A stretch of DNA of 64,000 bases, taken from the NCBI GenBank assembly GCA_036679645.1, contig JAZDCY010000074.1:1-64000 (forward strand), written 5' to 3'. The DNA comes from Gemmatimonadota bacterium. GTDB taxonomy: Bacteria; Gemmatimonadota; Gemmatimonadetes; Gemmatimonadales; GWC2-71-9. Positions 9,224-19,800 of this stretch are shown one piece after another. Each line of letters starts with the position of its first letter. Position 1 is the stretch's first letter. Below the pieces are notes generated by a model. The model worked only from the letters and a program-made list of their open reading frames with translations, ran no database searches and was not told the DNA's origin. The position numbers were made by a program, and so were the translations under genes.

Positions 9224-11194
9224 GTGTCCCGAAGAAAGCAGAGTCGCCAGGCCAGGAGGCGCCAAAGCCAGTCACAGACGCCGCGGCCGGGGCCCCGTCG
9301 GTGGCTCACCGCCAGCGCCGTGCTAGCCGGCATCGTGGCGCTCGGGGTGACCGCCGTCATGCTGACGGTCGGGTCACCGGGAGGGAAGGAATCCGGTGCG
9401 TTTCCCCGCCCGCCCGATTCGCAGGCCAGGCCGGTGCGGTTCGAGGACTTCCTCGGTTCGGAGGCGTGCCGTACGTGTCACGGCCAGCAGTTCAGCGTCT
9501 GGAGCGCGTCGACGCATGGACGGGCTGGTGGGCCGCCCACGCACGTAACACTCCTGCCGCCGTTCGACGGAACGCCCATACAGTTTCGTGACGCGGTCGT
9601 CCGACCGATGACCACCGAGGATGGGCGTTTCGTGTTCGCGGTGCAGCGGCAGCGTGGTGCCCCGGAGGTTCTGGAGGTCACCGGTGTGATCGGTGGCGGC
9701 CACATGGTAGGCGGTGGCACCCAGGGGTTTGTTACCCAGCACGCCGACGGGACGGTGCGGTTTCTCCCTTTCGATTACTCAGCCGCCGCCCAGGAGTGGT
9801 TCTGCAATACCCTCGGACGCCGGAACGAGGGCTGGCTGCCGATTACGCCGGACCTTGCACTAGCCGACTGTGCGGACTGGCCGCCGGTCCGTGTCCTGGG
9901 CAGTCACCGCGGTATCCAGAATTGCCAGCAATGCCACGGAAGCCAGATCCTCCTAACGAAGGCTGACGACGCCTCCGGGCGCTTCGGGACCCGCTATACG
10001 AGCCTCGCGGTCAATTGCGAGTCGTGCCACGGCCCCGGCAGGCGTCACGTCGAGCTGATGGAACGCGGCGCGCACGCGACGACGGAAGACATCGGCATGC
10101 GGTCGCTGGCTACGCTCTCCACCGACGAGTCGCTCGCGGTGTGCTTCCAGTGCCACTCCCTGAAGACCGAACTGACGCAGGGGTATCTGCCCGGCGCGGC
10201 GTTCGAGGAGTACTTCTCCGTCAAGCTGCCCATCTTGATTGGGGCGCCGTTTTTTCCCGATGGACGTGTGCGGACGTTTGCCTATCAAGGGAATCACCTT
10301 GCCAGCGCCTGTTACTACGCCGGCTCGATGACGTGCACGGATTGCCACGATCCGCACGCACAGACCTACCGCAATCACGTCGGTACGCCGCTGGACGGGC
10401 GTTTTGCGGACGGTCAGTGTCTCAGTTGTCATCCAAGCAAAGCCGACACACCCGAGCGGCACACCCGCCACGCAGTGAATTCGGCGGGAAGCCGGTGCGT
10501 TGCCTGTCACATGCCATACTTGCAGCACCCGCTGGTCGGCAATCTGATTCGTTATGCCCGGTCCGATCACACGATCTCCATCCCCCGGCCGGGATTCGAT
10601 ACCGCGTTCAGGATCACCGGCGCCTGCCGGCAGTGTCACGAGACGATGTTGCCGTCCCGGCTCGATAGCGTCGTCGAACAATGGTATGGACCTGTCAGGT
10701 CACTTTCCCAGGGGACGGGCGCGCTGCTCGACGCGCGGCGCATCGGTGATCTCGACCGCGCGGCGGATCTGGTGTTGCCAACGCAGCCGGTCGAAAGCCC
10801 GCTCGTGACGTTCGCGAAATTGAGCCACTTTTTTCTTCGCTACGTGCACCCCGACATGGCGGAGTTGCCGGAACGGGTCGTGCAGCTCCTGTCGGTGCAC
10901 GCACATTCAAACGATGACGATGTGGCCGCACTGGCGTTGGCCGGCCTGCACCTCGCGCGCGGGTCGGATCCGACGGTGCGTCTCTTCCTGGAGGAAACGC
11001 TGTACGAACTCGGGCCCCGGCACGTAGCGGTGCGCCGTCGTTGGGTGGCGGTTCTCGTCATCCGCGGCCGCGCTTTCCAGGTCACGGGTGACTTGCCGAA
11101 CGCGCTGGCCACATACCGGAAGGTGCTGGATCTCGATCCGGATAACGTGGAGGTGGCAGAGATGCTAGCGACGTTCCCGACCCGCGCCAGGTGA
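9224..11194 (+). CDS. Multiheme (8 x CxxCH) cytochrome c, c554-like, with C-terminal HEAT/TPR region
   Basis: CRTCH, CQQCH, CESCH, CFQCH, CTDCH, CLSCH, CVACH, CRQCH; basic N-terminus plus TM anchor; TPR-like ALATYRKVLDLDPDN. Confidence 0.85.
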   Translation: MSRRKQSRQARRRQSQSQTPRPGPRRWLTASAVLAGIVALGVTAVMLTVGSPGGKESGAFPRPPDSQARPVRFEDFLGSEACRTCHGQQFSVWSASTHGRAGGPPTHVTLLPPFDGTPIQFRDAVVRPMTTEDGRFVFAVQRQRGAPEVLEVTGVIGGGHMVGGGTQGFVTQHADGTVRFLPFDYSAAAQEWFCNTLGRRNEGWLPITPDLALADCADWPPVRVLGSHRGIQNCQQCHGSQILLTKADDASGRFGTRYTSLAVNCESCHGPGRRHVELMERGAHATTEDIGMRSLATLSTDESLAVCFQCHSLKTELTQGYLPGAAFEEYFSVKLPILIGAPFFPDGRVRTFAYQGNHLASACYYAGSMTCTDCHDPHAQTYRNHVGTPLDGRFADGQCLSCHPSKADTPERHTRHAVNSAGSRCVACHMPYLQHPLVGNLIRYARSDHTISIPRPGFDTAFRITGACRQCHETMLPSRLDSVVEQWYGPVRSLSQGTGALLDARRIGDLDRAADLVLPTQPVESPLVTFAKLSHFFLRYVHPDMAELPERVVQLLSVHAHSNDDDVAALALAGLHLARGSDPTVRLFLEETLYELGPRHVAVRRRWVAVLVIRGRAFQVTGDLPNALATYRKVLDLDPDNVEVAEMLATFPTRAR

Positions 11195-11196
11195 CG

Positions 11197-11289
11197 GCGA
11201 TTTGAGATTACTGAATAGTGATTACTGATTTGTGATTTGGACGAAATCGCCAATCACTAATCAGTAATCTCCAATCTCGAATCGAATCG
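11197..11289. repeat. Heptamer-tandem palindromic element B
   Basis: GCGATTT GAGATTA CTGAATA GTGATTA CTGATTT GTGATTT ... GAAATCG CCAATCA CTAATCA GTAATCT CCAATCT CGAATCG. Confidence 0.85.
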
Positions 11290-12168
11290 TCAGTGCCTCC
11301 ACCCCACCGCGACGTTCCCCTCAAACAACCGCATGTGCAGCGGCCACCAGCCGCGTACCCATACCATGGTGTTCCACTCGTATTCTAGGAACGGGTTGTC
11401 CGGGTACCGCATCTGGGCGCGGATCCACCAGGCTCCCGGGGCCAATTCCAACTCGACGGCTCCAGATTCGTGCGAGGATGCTGAGACTGCTGGGCGGCCC
11501 TCCGCAGCGATCCGGAGCGCGACCAGGGAGTCAAACGGCGCATAGGCTTCCAGTTCCCAGAGCCGGATGGAATCGGCCGCCGCCCCGGCACGGACGGCCA
11601 GGGACCGGATCTCGTCGGTTACCTCCTGGAGGGCGGCTTCCCGCCGGGCCGCCCGCTCGGTGAGGCGCCGGTACAGGGCCTGAAAACGCCGGTAGGCGGC
11701 CGGGTAGCCGGGCGCCTCGTGACTGACGCTTAGAAGCGAATCTGCGAGCCACTGGGCACTGTCCCGGGTGGCCGTCCAGGCTCGCCCGACCTGACCGAGG
11801 TCCACCGCTGGGCCAACGCGATACGCGATCATCTCGGCCTCGAGGCTCGGAAACGCCGGCCGCGGCACGGGTGCGGCGGCCTCCAGGGAATCCAGCAGCC
11901 CGTTGGCGTCAAATGGGAGGGCCGTGACCTCGACGTAGGCGAGCGGGGCGCCGTTCAGGGTGAGGACGATCTCGACCGGCATCGGCTGGCGGCTGCATGC
12001 CAGGCCTGAGATGGTCCAGACGAGCGCCGTCAGGCGTAGCGGGCAGAACGAACGGCGATTTGCGATTGGCGATTTACGATTTGCGATTGACGCTGCCCGC
12101 AAGCGGGCTCTACGGATCAATCGCCGATCGCCGATCGTACATCGGCAATCGCAGATCGTCTGCGCCAA
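11290..12168 (-). CDS. Hypothetical protein, probable lipoprotein with central coiled coil (start uncertain)
   Basis: Lipobox-like SGLAC. The N-terminal ~40 codons of the ORF are translated repeat element C, so the true start may lie downstream. Confidence 0.6.
   Translation of the reverse strand: MAQTICDCRCTIGDRRLIRRARLRAASIANRKSPIANRRSFCPLRLTALVWTISGLACSRQPMPVEIVLTLNGAPLAYVEVTALPFDANGLLDSLEAAAPVPRPAFPSLEAEMIAYRVGPAVDLGQVGRAWTATRDSAQWLADSLLSVSHEAPGYPAAYRRFQALYRRLTERAARREAALQEVTDEIRSLAVRAGAAADSIRLWELEAYAPFDSLVALRIAAEGRPAVSASSHESGAVELELAPGAWWIRAQMRYPDNPFLEYEWNTMVWVRGWWPLHMRLFEGNVAVGWRH
12055..12158. repeat. Heptamer-tandem palindromic element C
   Basis: (GCGATTT/G)x5, an inner GCCCGC-AA-GCGGGC hairpin, then about 6 complementary CAATCG/CGATCG units. 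Confidence 0.8.
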
Positions 12169-12188
12169 GCGAGGATCGTCTCTGGGAC

Positions 12189-13133
12189 CTAGTCGACGAT
12201 CGTTTCCGGGAAAATGAAGGTCTGCGGATCGATCTGGCGCCCGTTAAGCATCACCTCATAATGGAGGTGTGGGGCGGTGACAATGCCGGTATTGCCGACC
12301 AACGCAATCTCTTCTCCGCGTTCGACCCGCTGTCCAACGCGCACGTTGATCTTGGAGCAGTGGGCGTAACGCGTGATGAGGCCGTAGCCGTGGTCGACGG
12401 TGACGGTCTGGCCGTAGCCCGGCAGTTGGTTGCGTGGGCCGTTGACGGCAATCACGCGGCCGCCGGCGGTCGCCAGAATGGGCGTGGCCATGGGAGCTGA
12501 GATATCGATCCCTTCGTGGGCACGCGCCTCGTGGAAGATGGGGTGGATCCGCGAGCGCGCGAAGCGACTGGACAGAAACCCCTGGGTTGGCATGATCGAG
12601 GGCGTGCGCGTCATGCGGTCGGCGTAGAGTTTGACGCTGTCTAGCGCGTCCGCATACGAGGTGGCATAGAGCCGGGACCGCCGCAGCAGCGTCCCGATGT
12701 CGAGCCGCATGTCGATAGCGGCGCGACCCACCGCACCCTCAGAGAGCAACTGGTCGCGCTCAGTCCACTCACCCACCGGGCCGCCGATACCGGCGAGCTG
12801 GACGTCCGTGTCCCGCGGCTCGAGGCCGGCTAGCAGCCGGACCTCGCGGTCCCGCGTCATGACGGTGTCCAACGTCTGGCTGAGTTGCTGAATCTGGCTG
12901 CGCGTGAGATCGACTTCCTGGGCGAGCAGTCTGTTGGTGCGCTCGAGCCGGTCGAGCGTCGAGAGATCGAGCGCCTTTGTGACCGTCGAATACGCGAAGA
13001 CGGCAAGGGCTACGACGGCTACCGAACCGACTGCGGCAAGCCAGCGGCACACCCGCACGGAAACCCGCATCGAGCGAGAGCATCCAGCGCCCGGGGGAAC
13101 GAGCATTAGGGTCCAGCGTGGATTGACCGTCAA
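12189..13133 (-). CDS. M23 family metallopeptidase (murein DD-endopeptidase-like)
   Basis: HEGID, YAHC and PHLHYEV motifs; N-terminal TM and coiled coil. Confidence 0.9.
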   Translation of the reverse strand: MTVNPRWTLMLVPPGAGCSRSMRVSVRVCRWLAAVGSVAVVALAVFAYSTVTKALDLSTLDRLERTNRLLAQEVDLTRSQIQQLSQTLDTVMTRDREVRLLAGLEPRDTDVQLAGIGGPVGEWTERDQLLSEGAVGRAAIDMRLDIGTLLRRSRLYATSYADALDSVKLYADRMTRTPSIMPTQGFLSSRFARSRIHPIFHEARAHEGIDISAPMATPILATAGGRVIAVNGPRNQLPGYGQTVTVDHGYGLITRYAHCSKINVRVGQRVERGEEIALVGNTGIVTAPHLHYEVMLNGRQIDPQTFIFPETIVD

Positions 13134-13212
13134 GAAAGCACCCCTCGCGGTTGCCGCAGAATGGGCAAAGCTCGCCTATGGTACAGACTTCGGCAAGTGA
13201 AAGCGCCGGCTA

Positions 13213-13241
13213 AAGGTGAAGTCCCCGGCGCGCAGTGTCAA
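13213..13241 (-). promoter_or_regulatory. Putative sigma70 promoter for the M23 gene
   Basis: TTGACA (13241-13236), 17-nt spacer, CACCTT (weak -10). Confidence 0.45.
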
Positions 13242-13259
13242 CCACCGGGCTCACACTTT

Positions 13260-13284
13260 TAAGCTGTTTTATTGCAATGGGTTA
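13260..13284. promoter_or_regulatory. 25-bp AT-rich imperfect palindrome, copy 1
   Basis: TAAGCTGTTTTATTGCAATGGGTTA; the 15-bp core is identical to 20424-20438. Confidence 0.55.
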
Positions 13285-14793
13285 CGTTGCTGTAGCCGGT
13301 TTGGGGAAGAGCGGGGGAATCTTGGTCACAGTGTGGCCTGCGGATTCGGGTTGTTCCAGCGTGACCCGCGTCACATGGTGCAGCGGAGTCGTGTGCCCCA
13401 GCGCGCGCCACACGTCGGCTGTCTTGGTCGGTAGAAACGGTGCCAAGAGGATCGTGATTCGGGCGACGGCGGTCGCGAGCGATGCGAGCGTGTCGTCCAA
13501 CTCCCCGTCGGCACCCGTTCTTGCAAGCGTCCACGGGGCCTTTGCCTCGACGAAACCGTTGGCTTCGTCCACGAGCTTGATCGCCTCCGCTCCGCCCTCG
13601 TGCAGGAGGTGCTTGTCCATGACCTCGCGGTAGCGTTCGATGGCGCGCTCACCGGCCTGATCGAGCGCTGTGGGCGACCCCTGAGGCACCAGGCCATCCC
13701 GATAACGCGAGATCATGGCGATCACACGGGACACCAGGTTGCCGTACCCGTCGGCCAACTCGGACGTGTAGCGCGTGTCGAGCCGCTCCCACGTGAAGTT
13801 GCCGTCCCCGTCCCACGGCACTTCGCGTAGCAGGAAATAGCGCAGCGCGTCGGCCCCATGCCGGTCAATGGCGGCGCGCAAGGTGAGGGTCACCCCTGCG
13901 CTCTTGGAAAACCGTGCGCCCGCCGTGTTCACCCAGCCGTGACACCACACGGCCTTTGGTGGCTCCACGCCGGCGCCGTGCAGCATGGCGGGCCACAATG
14001 CCGCGTGAAAACGCAGGATGTCCGGTCCGATGATGTGCAGGTCGGCCGGCCAGAGGTCGTGGTACTCGTCGTCCGGGAACCCGGTTGCGGAGAGGTAGTT
14101 GATCAGGGCCTCGAACCAGACGTAGACCACGTGATCTGGGTCGTCGGGCCACGGGATTCCCCAGGGCACGCGCGCGCGGCTGACCGAGATGTCCTGGAGG
14201 CCGCCGGCGACGACATTCCGGATTTCGTTCATTTTTGGTCTGGGCCGCACAAAATCCGGTTCTGCCTCGTAGCGTTGCAACAGCCATGAACCAAACGTGG
14301 AGAGCCGAAAGAAGAAGTTTGGCTCCTTTACCCACTGGATCTCGCGCGTGCGGTGTACGGGACACTGGCCGTTCTCGAGGTCACGTTCGAGTTTGAAGCC
14401 TTCGCATCCGACGCAGTAGTACCCCTCGTACTCGCCTTCGAATACGTGTCCGGCGTCCCTGATCCGACGAAACAGCTCCTGTACCGACCGATGGTGCCGT
14501 GCCTCGGTGGTGCGGATGAAATCGTCGTGTGAGATGGCCAGCTCGCGCCACGTGGCCTGAAACGTCTCCGCGATGCCGTCGACCCAGGCCTGGGGATCGA
14601 CGCCGGCGTCGCTGGCCGCCTGCGCCACCTTCTGGCCGTGCTCGTCCATCCCAATGAGGAAGTGCACCTGGTCACCACTCATCCGGCGGTACCGCGCTAC
14701 GCAGTCCGCGCCGATCTTCTCGAGCGCGTGGCCGAGATGCGGTTCACCGTTCGAGTAATCGATGGCCGTGGTGAGGTAGAACTTATTCCCCAT
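13282..14793 (-). CDS. metG: Methionine--tRNA ligase (short form, no C-terminal dimerisation domain)
   Basis: MGNKFYLTTAIDYSNGEPHLGH (HIGH), CVGC...CPVH knuckle, RFSKS (KMSKS variant); start reassigned to ATG 14793. Confidence 0.95.
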   Translation of the reverse strand: MGNKFYLTTAIDYSNGEPHLGHALEKIGADCVARYRRMSGDQVHFLIGMDEHGQKVAQAASDAGVDPQAWVDGIAETFQATWRELAISHDDFIRTTEARHHRSVQELFRRIRDAGHVFEGEYEGYYCVGCEGFKLERDLENGQCPVHRTREIQWVKEPNFFFRLSTFGSWLLQRYEAEPDFVRPRPKMNEIRNVVAGGLQDISVSRARVPWGIPWPDDPDHVVYVWFEALINYLSATGFPDDEYHDLWPADLHIIGPDILRFHAALWPAMLHGAGVEPPKAVWCHGWVNTAGARFSKSAGVTLTLRAAIDRHGADALRYFLLREVPWDGDGNFTWERLDTRYTSELADGYGNLVSRVIAMISRYRDGLVPQGSPTALDQAGERAIERYREVMDKHLLHEGGAEAIKLVDEANGFVEAKAPWTLARTGADGELDDTLASLATAVARITILLAPFLPTKTADVWRALGHTTPLHHVTRVTLEQPESAGHTVTKIPPLFPKPATAT

Positions 14794-15862
14794 CGGGTGG
14801 TGGTGGGGGTGTTCCGTCAGTCGATGCGGACGTGGTCGGCTCGTCGTCACCCGGCGGACGGCGGTGCCGGCCCGACCCGCCGCGGCGTCCGCGGCGTCGA
14901 CGTTTGCGCGGTCGCCTGGGTGTAATGGAATCGACGGCCTGTTCCGGTGTGACGATCGTTTCCCCCTCGTCGAACGTTGTGAGCGACGAGGGAGCCGACG
15001 GTTCGGCTTTCGGCGCGGGCGGCGCTGCCGCCGTTTCCTCCTTGAGAGCGGTGAGTGACACGGCGCGGATCGTTCCGTCCTCAGCGCGCAAGAGTACGCG
15101 CTCGCGGAAGATGTCCACGGCCTGCACGCGTTCCAATCCACTTGCGGTGGTCAACGTCTTCCCCTCCTTGGGGAACCGCTTTCGGCTGGTGACGTAGAAG
15201 TCGTGCTCGTATCGCAGGCAGCAGAGCAGGCGGCCGCACCCGCCGGAGATTTGTGATGGGTTTAGCGAGAGCCGTTGGTCCTTGGCGAGGGAGAGGCTCA
15301 CGGGGCGCAGTTCGGGTAGCCACGAGGAGCAACAGTACTCTCTCCCGCATCGGCCGACGCCTTCCAGACGTTTGGCCTCGTCCCGCGCGCCGATCTGGCG
15401 CAACTCGATGCGCGTCCGGAATAGGCTGGCGAGGTCACGCACCAGCGAGCGAAAGTCGACGCGCTTGTCGGCGGTGAAGTAGATGGTCAGCTTCTTCCGA
15501 TCCCACTGCCACTCGGCGTCGGAGACCTTCATTGACAGCTTGTGCGCCGCGACGCGGTCGATCACCGTCCGCCGGACGTCGTCCTCGGCCTTGCGCAATT
15601 CGTGACCGAGGTGCGTGTCCTCGGTGGCCGCGAACCGGAGCACTTTGCCGTCGGGCGCGCGCGGCTCGGCGAGCGCGCATCCCGCACAACCGACGGCGCA
15701 CTTGCGCGCCGCGGTCTCACCCAGGGCCGTGACCGTCCCGAGGTCGCGGCCGCGCTGTACCTGGACGACGACCGCAGTCCCCACCGCGGGCGCCTCCGGC
15801 TCGTCCCACGTGAAGTAGGCTCTGCGGTTGCCTTTGAACTTGACTTCGACGAGTTCCGGCAC
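14783..15862 (-). CDS. ricT: PSP1-domain RicT/YaaT Fe-S protein
   Basis: FTADKRVDFRSLVRDLA...RIELRQIGARDEAK, CGREYCC, LSLNPSQISGGCGRLLCCLRYE; likely GTG start at 15862. Confidence 0.9.
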   Translation of the reverse strand: MPELVEVKFKGNRRAYFTWDEPEAPAVGTAVVVQVQRGRDLGTVTALGETAARKCAVGCAGCALAEPRAPDGKVLRFAATEDTHLGHELRKAEDDVRRTVIDRVAAHKLSMKVSDAEWQWDRKKLTIYFTADKRVDFRSLVRDLASLFRTRIELRQIGARDEAKRLEGVGRCGREYCCSSWLPELRPVSLSLAKDQRLSLNPSQISGGCGRLLCCLRYEHDFYVTSRKRFPKEGKTLTTASGLERVQAVDIFRERVLLRAEDGTIRAVSLTALKEETAAAPPAPKAEPSAPSSLTTFDEGETIVTPEQAVDSITPRRPRKRRRRGRRGGSGRHRRPPGDDEPTTSASTDGTPPPPPDGE

Positions 15863-15863
15863 G

Positions 15864-16820
15864 CTACCCGTGGGCGAGTTTTCCCATACCAAGGAATTTC
15901 TCCGCGCGTTTCTTGCGGAGCACCTCGGGTTTCATGGTTTCGAGTGGGCGGAGGTTCTCCTCGAGAGCCGCCGCCAACGCACGCTGGGCATCTGCCGGAT
16001 CGGCGTGGGCTCCTCCCGCGGGCTCGGGGATGATCTCGTCGATCACTCCGAGTGCCAACAGGTCTTTCGCGGTAAGTCGCAACGATTTCGCTGCTCGCTC
16101 GCGCTGCGATGCGTCCTTCCACAGAATGGCCGCGCATCCTTCGGGGGAGATTACGGAGTACACGGCGTGTTCCATCATCAGCACCCGATCTCCCAACCCG
16201 AGGGCGAGCGCACCGCCCGATCCGCCTTCTCCAATGATGACGGCAATGAGGATCGTGTTCAGCGCTGCCATTGCCTCGAGGTTACGGGAAATGGCTTCCG
16301 CCTGCCCGCGTTCTTCGGCACCCAGCCCGGGATACGCTCCCGGTGTATCAATCAACGTAATGACCGGGACGCGAAACCGCTCCGCCATCTTCATGAGGCG
16401 AAGCGCTTTGCGGTAACCCTCGGGGTGCGGCATTCCAAAGTTGCGCAGTAGGTTCTGCTTGGTGTCGCGCCCCTTCTGCTGTCCGATCACGACAACCGGC
16501 CGATCGTGGAGCCGTGCCCACCCGGCGACGATGGCGGGATCGTCCCGAAACAGGCGGTCGCCCTTCAACTCGATGAAATCGGTGAAGACCGTATCGAGGT
16601 AATCCAGCGTGTAGGGGCGCCGCGGATGCCGCGCGACCAGCACCTGCTGCATGGGAGTCAGGTCGTCGTAAACCTCGCGACGCAGCTGAATGAGCTTGCG
16701 CTCCAGCGGTGCGATCTCGTCGTCTACGCCCAGCTTGCGGTCGGTTGCGATCCGTCGGAGCCGCGCGATCTGCTTCTCCAGATCGAGTAGCGGTTTCTCA
16801 AAATCCAGTTCGAACGCCAT
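15864..16820 (-). CDS. accA: Acetyl-CoA carboxylase carboxyltransferase alpha subunit
   Basis: LDFEKP, ARHPRRPYTLDY, NFGMPHPEGYRKA, GEGGSGGALA. Confidence 0.97.
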   Translation of the reverse strand: MAFELDFEKPLLDLEKQIARLRRIATDRKLGVDDEIAPLERKLIQLRREVYDDLTPMQQVLVARHPRRPYTLDYLDTVFTDFIELKGDRLFRDDPAIVAGWARLHDRPVVVIGQQKGRDTKQNLLRNFGMPHPEGYRKALRLMKMAERFRVPVITLIDTPGAYPGLGAEERGQAEAISRNLEAMAALNTILIAVIIGEGGSGGALALGLGDRVLMMEHAVYSVISPEGCAAILWKDASQRERAAKSLRLTAKDLLALGVIDEIIPEPAGGAHADPADAQRALAAALEENLRPLETMKPEVLRKKRAEKFLGMGKLAHG

Positions 16821-16822
16821 GG

Positions 16823-19800
16823 TTATGCTGCCCGCACCAGGCGCACGCGTTCAGCGCCGAGCATCTCGCGCAGCGCGCCAATGAGGTCTTCGTTGAGGTC
16901 GACACGCACCCTGCGGGACCGCAGGCGAGCCGTCGTGCCGTTGCCGTCGCTCCATGTGACGAAGAGTGGGGCGGAGCCTGGGTGTGCGGCGCAGAGGGCC
17001 GCGACGGCCCGGGCGCTCTCGCTGTCGGGTCCCGATCCGGCTCGCCACGTCAACTCGAGACCAACGGCTCCATTGGCGCGCAGTTCCTCCAGCGCGATCG
17101 CGTCTTCGACGATGAACGGAGCGCGATCCTCTCCGCGATCGCGCAGGCTGTATCCGCCCGTGAGGAGCAGGGCGGCATCTGGCTGGACCACCCGCGAGAG
17201 CTGGCTCCATGTCTTCGGGAATACTAGGGCCTCGGCGGTCCCGTGGAAGTCCTCCAGCGTTAGCCGGGCGTACTCGGCACCGGTCTTCTTGGAGATCTGC
17301 CGCTTGATGGCCGTCACGACGACGGCGGTGGTCACCTGGTGCTCGCTCCACGTCCCCAGGGTGGCGGTGGAGCGGCTCGAGAGCAACGTGACCTCCTCAC
17401 GGAATCGCTCGAGCGGGTGGCCGGAAATGAAGAACCCGACAACCTCTTTTTCCTTCGCGATCCGATCTGCCTCCGACCACGGTGGGATGTCGGGCAGGAG
17501 CGTATCTGCCAACGGGCCCGATTGCTCCCCCGCGCCGAAGAGGGTGCCCTGGCCCACTTCCCGTTCGTTCTGGCGGAGCTGCGCTTCGCGGAGCGCCACG
17601 TCGAGCACGGCTATGAGTTGTGCCCGATGGCCGTCGCACTGATCGAAAGCGCCCGCAGCGATGAGTGACTCGGTGACTCGCTTGTTGCAGAGCCTGAGAT
17701 CGACCCGGTCGTAGAACTCGGCGAGCGAGCGAAACGCGCCCTCCCGATCGCGCGCGGCAATGATCGAATCGATGGCCCCGCGGCCGACGTTCCGGACGGC
17801 GCCGAGACCGAAGCGGATTTCGTCGTCCTTCGTGACGGTGAACTTCCACCCCGACTCGACGACCGACGGAGGGAGCACCCGGATGCCCATCTCGCGGGCT
17901 TCGTTGATGTACTCGACGACTTTAGCTGTATCACCGATTTCCGAGGAGAGCAGTGCCGCCATGAACTCGGCCGGGTAATGCGCCTTCAGCCAGGCTGTCT
18001 GATACGAGATTATGCTATACGCCACCGAGTGCGATTTGTTGAACCCGTACCGGCCGAACGTCTCAATCTGGGCTGCGATGTCTTCGATGATCTTGCGCGG
18101 GTGGCCGTTGGCGATGGACCGCTCGATGAATCGTCCCAGCTCCTGCCGGATGAGTTCCGGGATCTTCTTGCCCACCGCTTTCCGCAGGACGTCGGCTTCG
18201 CCCAGCGAGAACCCGCCCAGGACGTTCGCGATGCGCATCACCTGTTCCTGATAGACGATCACGCCGTACGTGGGCGCGAGTACCTCCTCGAGCTGAGGCA
18301 GAGGGTAGCGGACCGCTTCCTCGCCCCGTTTCCGGCGGATGAAGACGAGGTGCATGCCCGAATCGAGCGGGCCCGGGCGCAGCAGGGCGCTGGTCGCAAC
18401 CAGGTCGTCGAACCGATCGCACCGCATTTGCCGCAGCGTATCGGTGGCCAGCGGGGACTCGAATTGGAACACGCCAGCGGTACGACCCGCGCGCAGCATT
18501 TCATAGACCGCCGGATCGTCCAGGTCGATGTGCTGTATGTCGACCTCGGTCGTGTGACGCCGGGCGATGCTCTCGCACGCGTCGTGAATCACCGTCAACG
18601 TCCGCAGACCCAGGAAGTCCATCTTCAGCATGCCGACCTTCTCGAGGGCGACCATGTCGAACTGGGTGATGATGACGTCCTCGCCCTTGGCGCCCCCGTT
18701 CCCGCGTGACTGCGGCGCGGTGCACACGGGGACGTATTCGTCGAGCGGACCCGGTGCGATCACGATGCCGGCGGCGTGTACGGACGCGTGTCGTGAGAGG
18801 CCTTCGATTCGCTGCGCCAGATCGACGACGCGCGCAACTGTCGGGTCGTCGGACACGAGCGCGCGGAGTTCGGGTACTTTCCGTGCCGCCTCGGCGACCG
18901 AGAGGTTGTAGGCCGGTCCCGACGGGACGAGTTTGGCGATCCGGTCGGCGTCCGCCGGGCTCACCCGAAGCACGCGCGCTATGTCACGCAGGGCAGCGCG
19001 CGCCTTGAGCGTTCCGAACGTGATGATCTGCCCTACGCTAGAACGGCCGTACCGCGCGCGGACATACTCGATCACTTCCCCACGCCGCTCGAAACAGAAA
19101 TCGACGTCGATATCCGGCATCGAGATGCGCTCGGGATTCAGAAAGCGCTCGAACAGCAAGCCGAACTGCAGCGGGTCGACGCCGGTGATGTGCAAGGCGT
19201 AGGACACAAGCGACCCGGCGGCGGAACCGCGTCCGGGCCCTACTGGAATGCCGCGCTCGCGCGCGGCGTTGATGAAATCCTGAACGATCAGGAGGTAGCC
19301 CGCGTATCCCGTTTTCGTGATGATGTCGAGCTCGTAGTCGAGCCGTTCACGTACATGGGCCGGAAGCGGCGTGCCGTACCGCTCGCCGGCGCCCCGTGTA
19401 GCCAACTCCACCAGTAGATCGTTGTCGGTAGCGTATTCCGCGGGTCGCGGAAACTGCGGCAGGAAGTAACGCTTTTCGAAATCGAACTCGCAGCGGTCAG
19501 CAATCCGTTGCGTGTTCTCGATGACGTCCGGGCGGTCGGGGAAAAGGGCGACCATCTCCTCTTCCGACTTGACGTAACTCTCCTGGCCGGTGAAGCGGAA
19601 CCGGTTTGGATCGTCGAGATCCTTGCCCATCCCGATGGCGAGCAGACAGTCGTGGGCCTCGTGGTCGGCCCGCTCCAGGTAGTGTGCGTCGTTGGTCGCC
19701 ACCACTGGAATGCCCAGGTCGTCTGAGAGGCGGAACATGCCGTCGCGCACGAGCCGCTCGTCTGCGATTCCGTGATCCTGCACCTCGAGCCAGAAGCGGT

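Noticed and set aside
8325..12158. GATT repeat clusters as a CRISPR array
   Set aside because: The units are 7 bp, degenerate and palindromic, with no 25-45 bp repeats separated by unique spacers and no cas genes.
14794..15141. N-terminal extensions in the ORF track (metG to 15141; similarly pdhA to 33752, peptidase from 20190, M20 from 26057, OMT from 57942, HU from 52298)
   Set aside because: They mostly overlap neighbouring genes and precede the recognisable family N-termini, so starts were reassigned.
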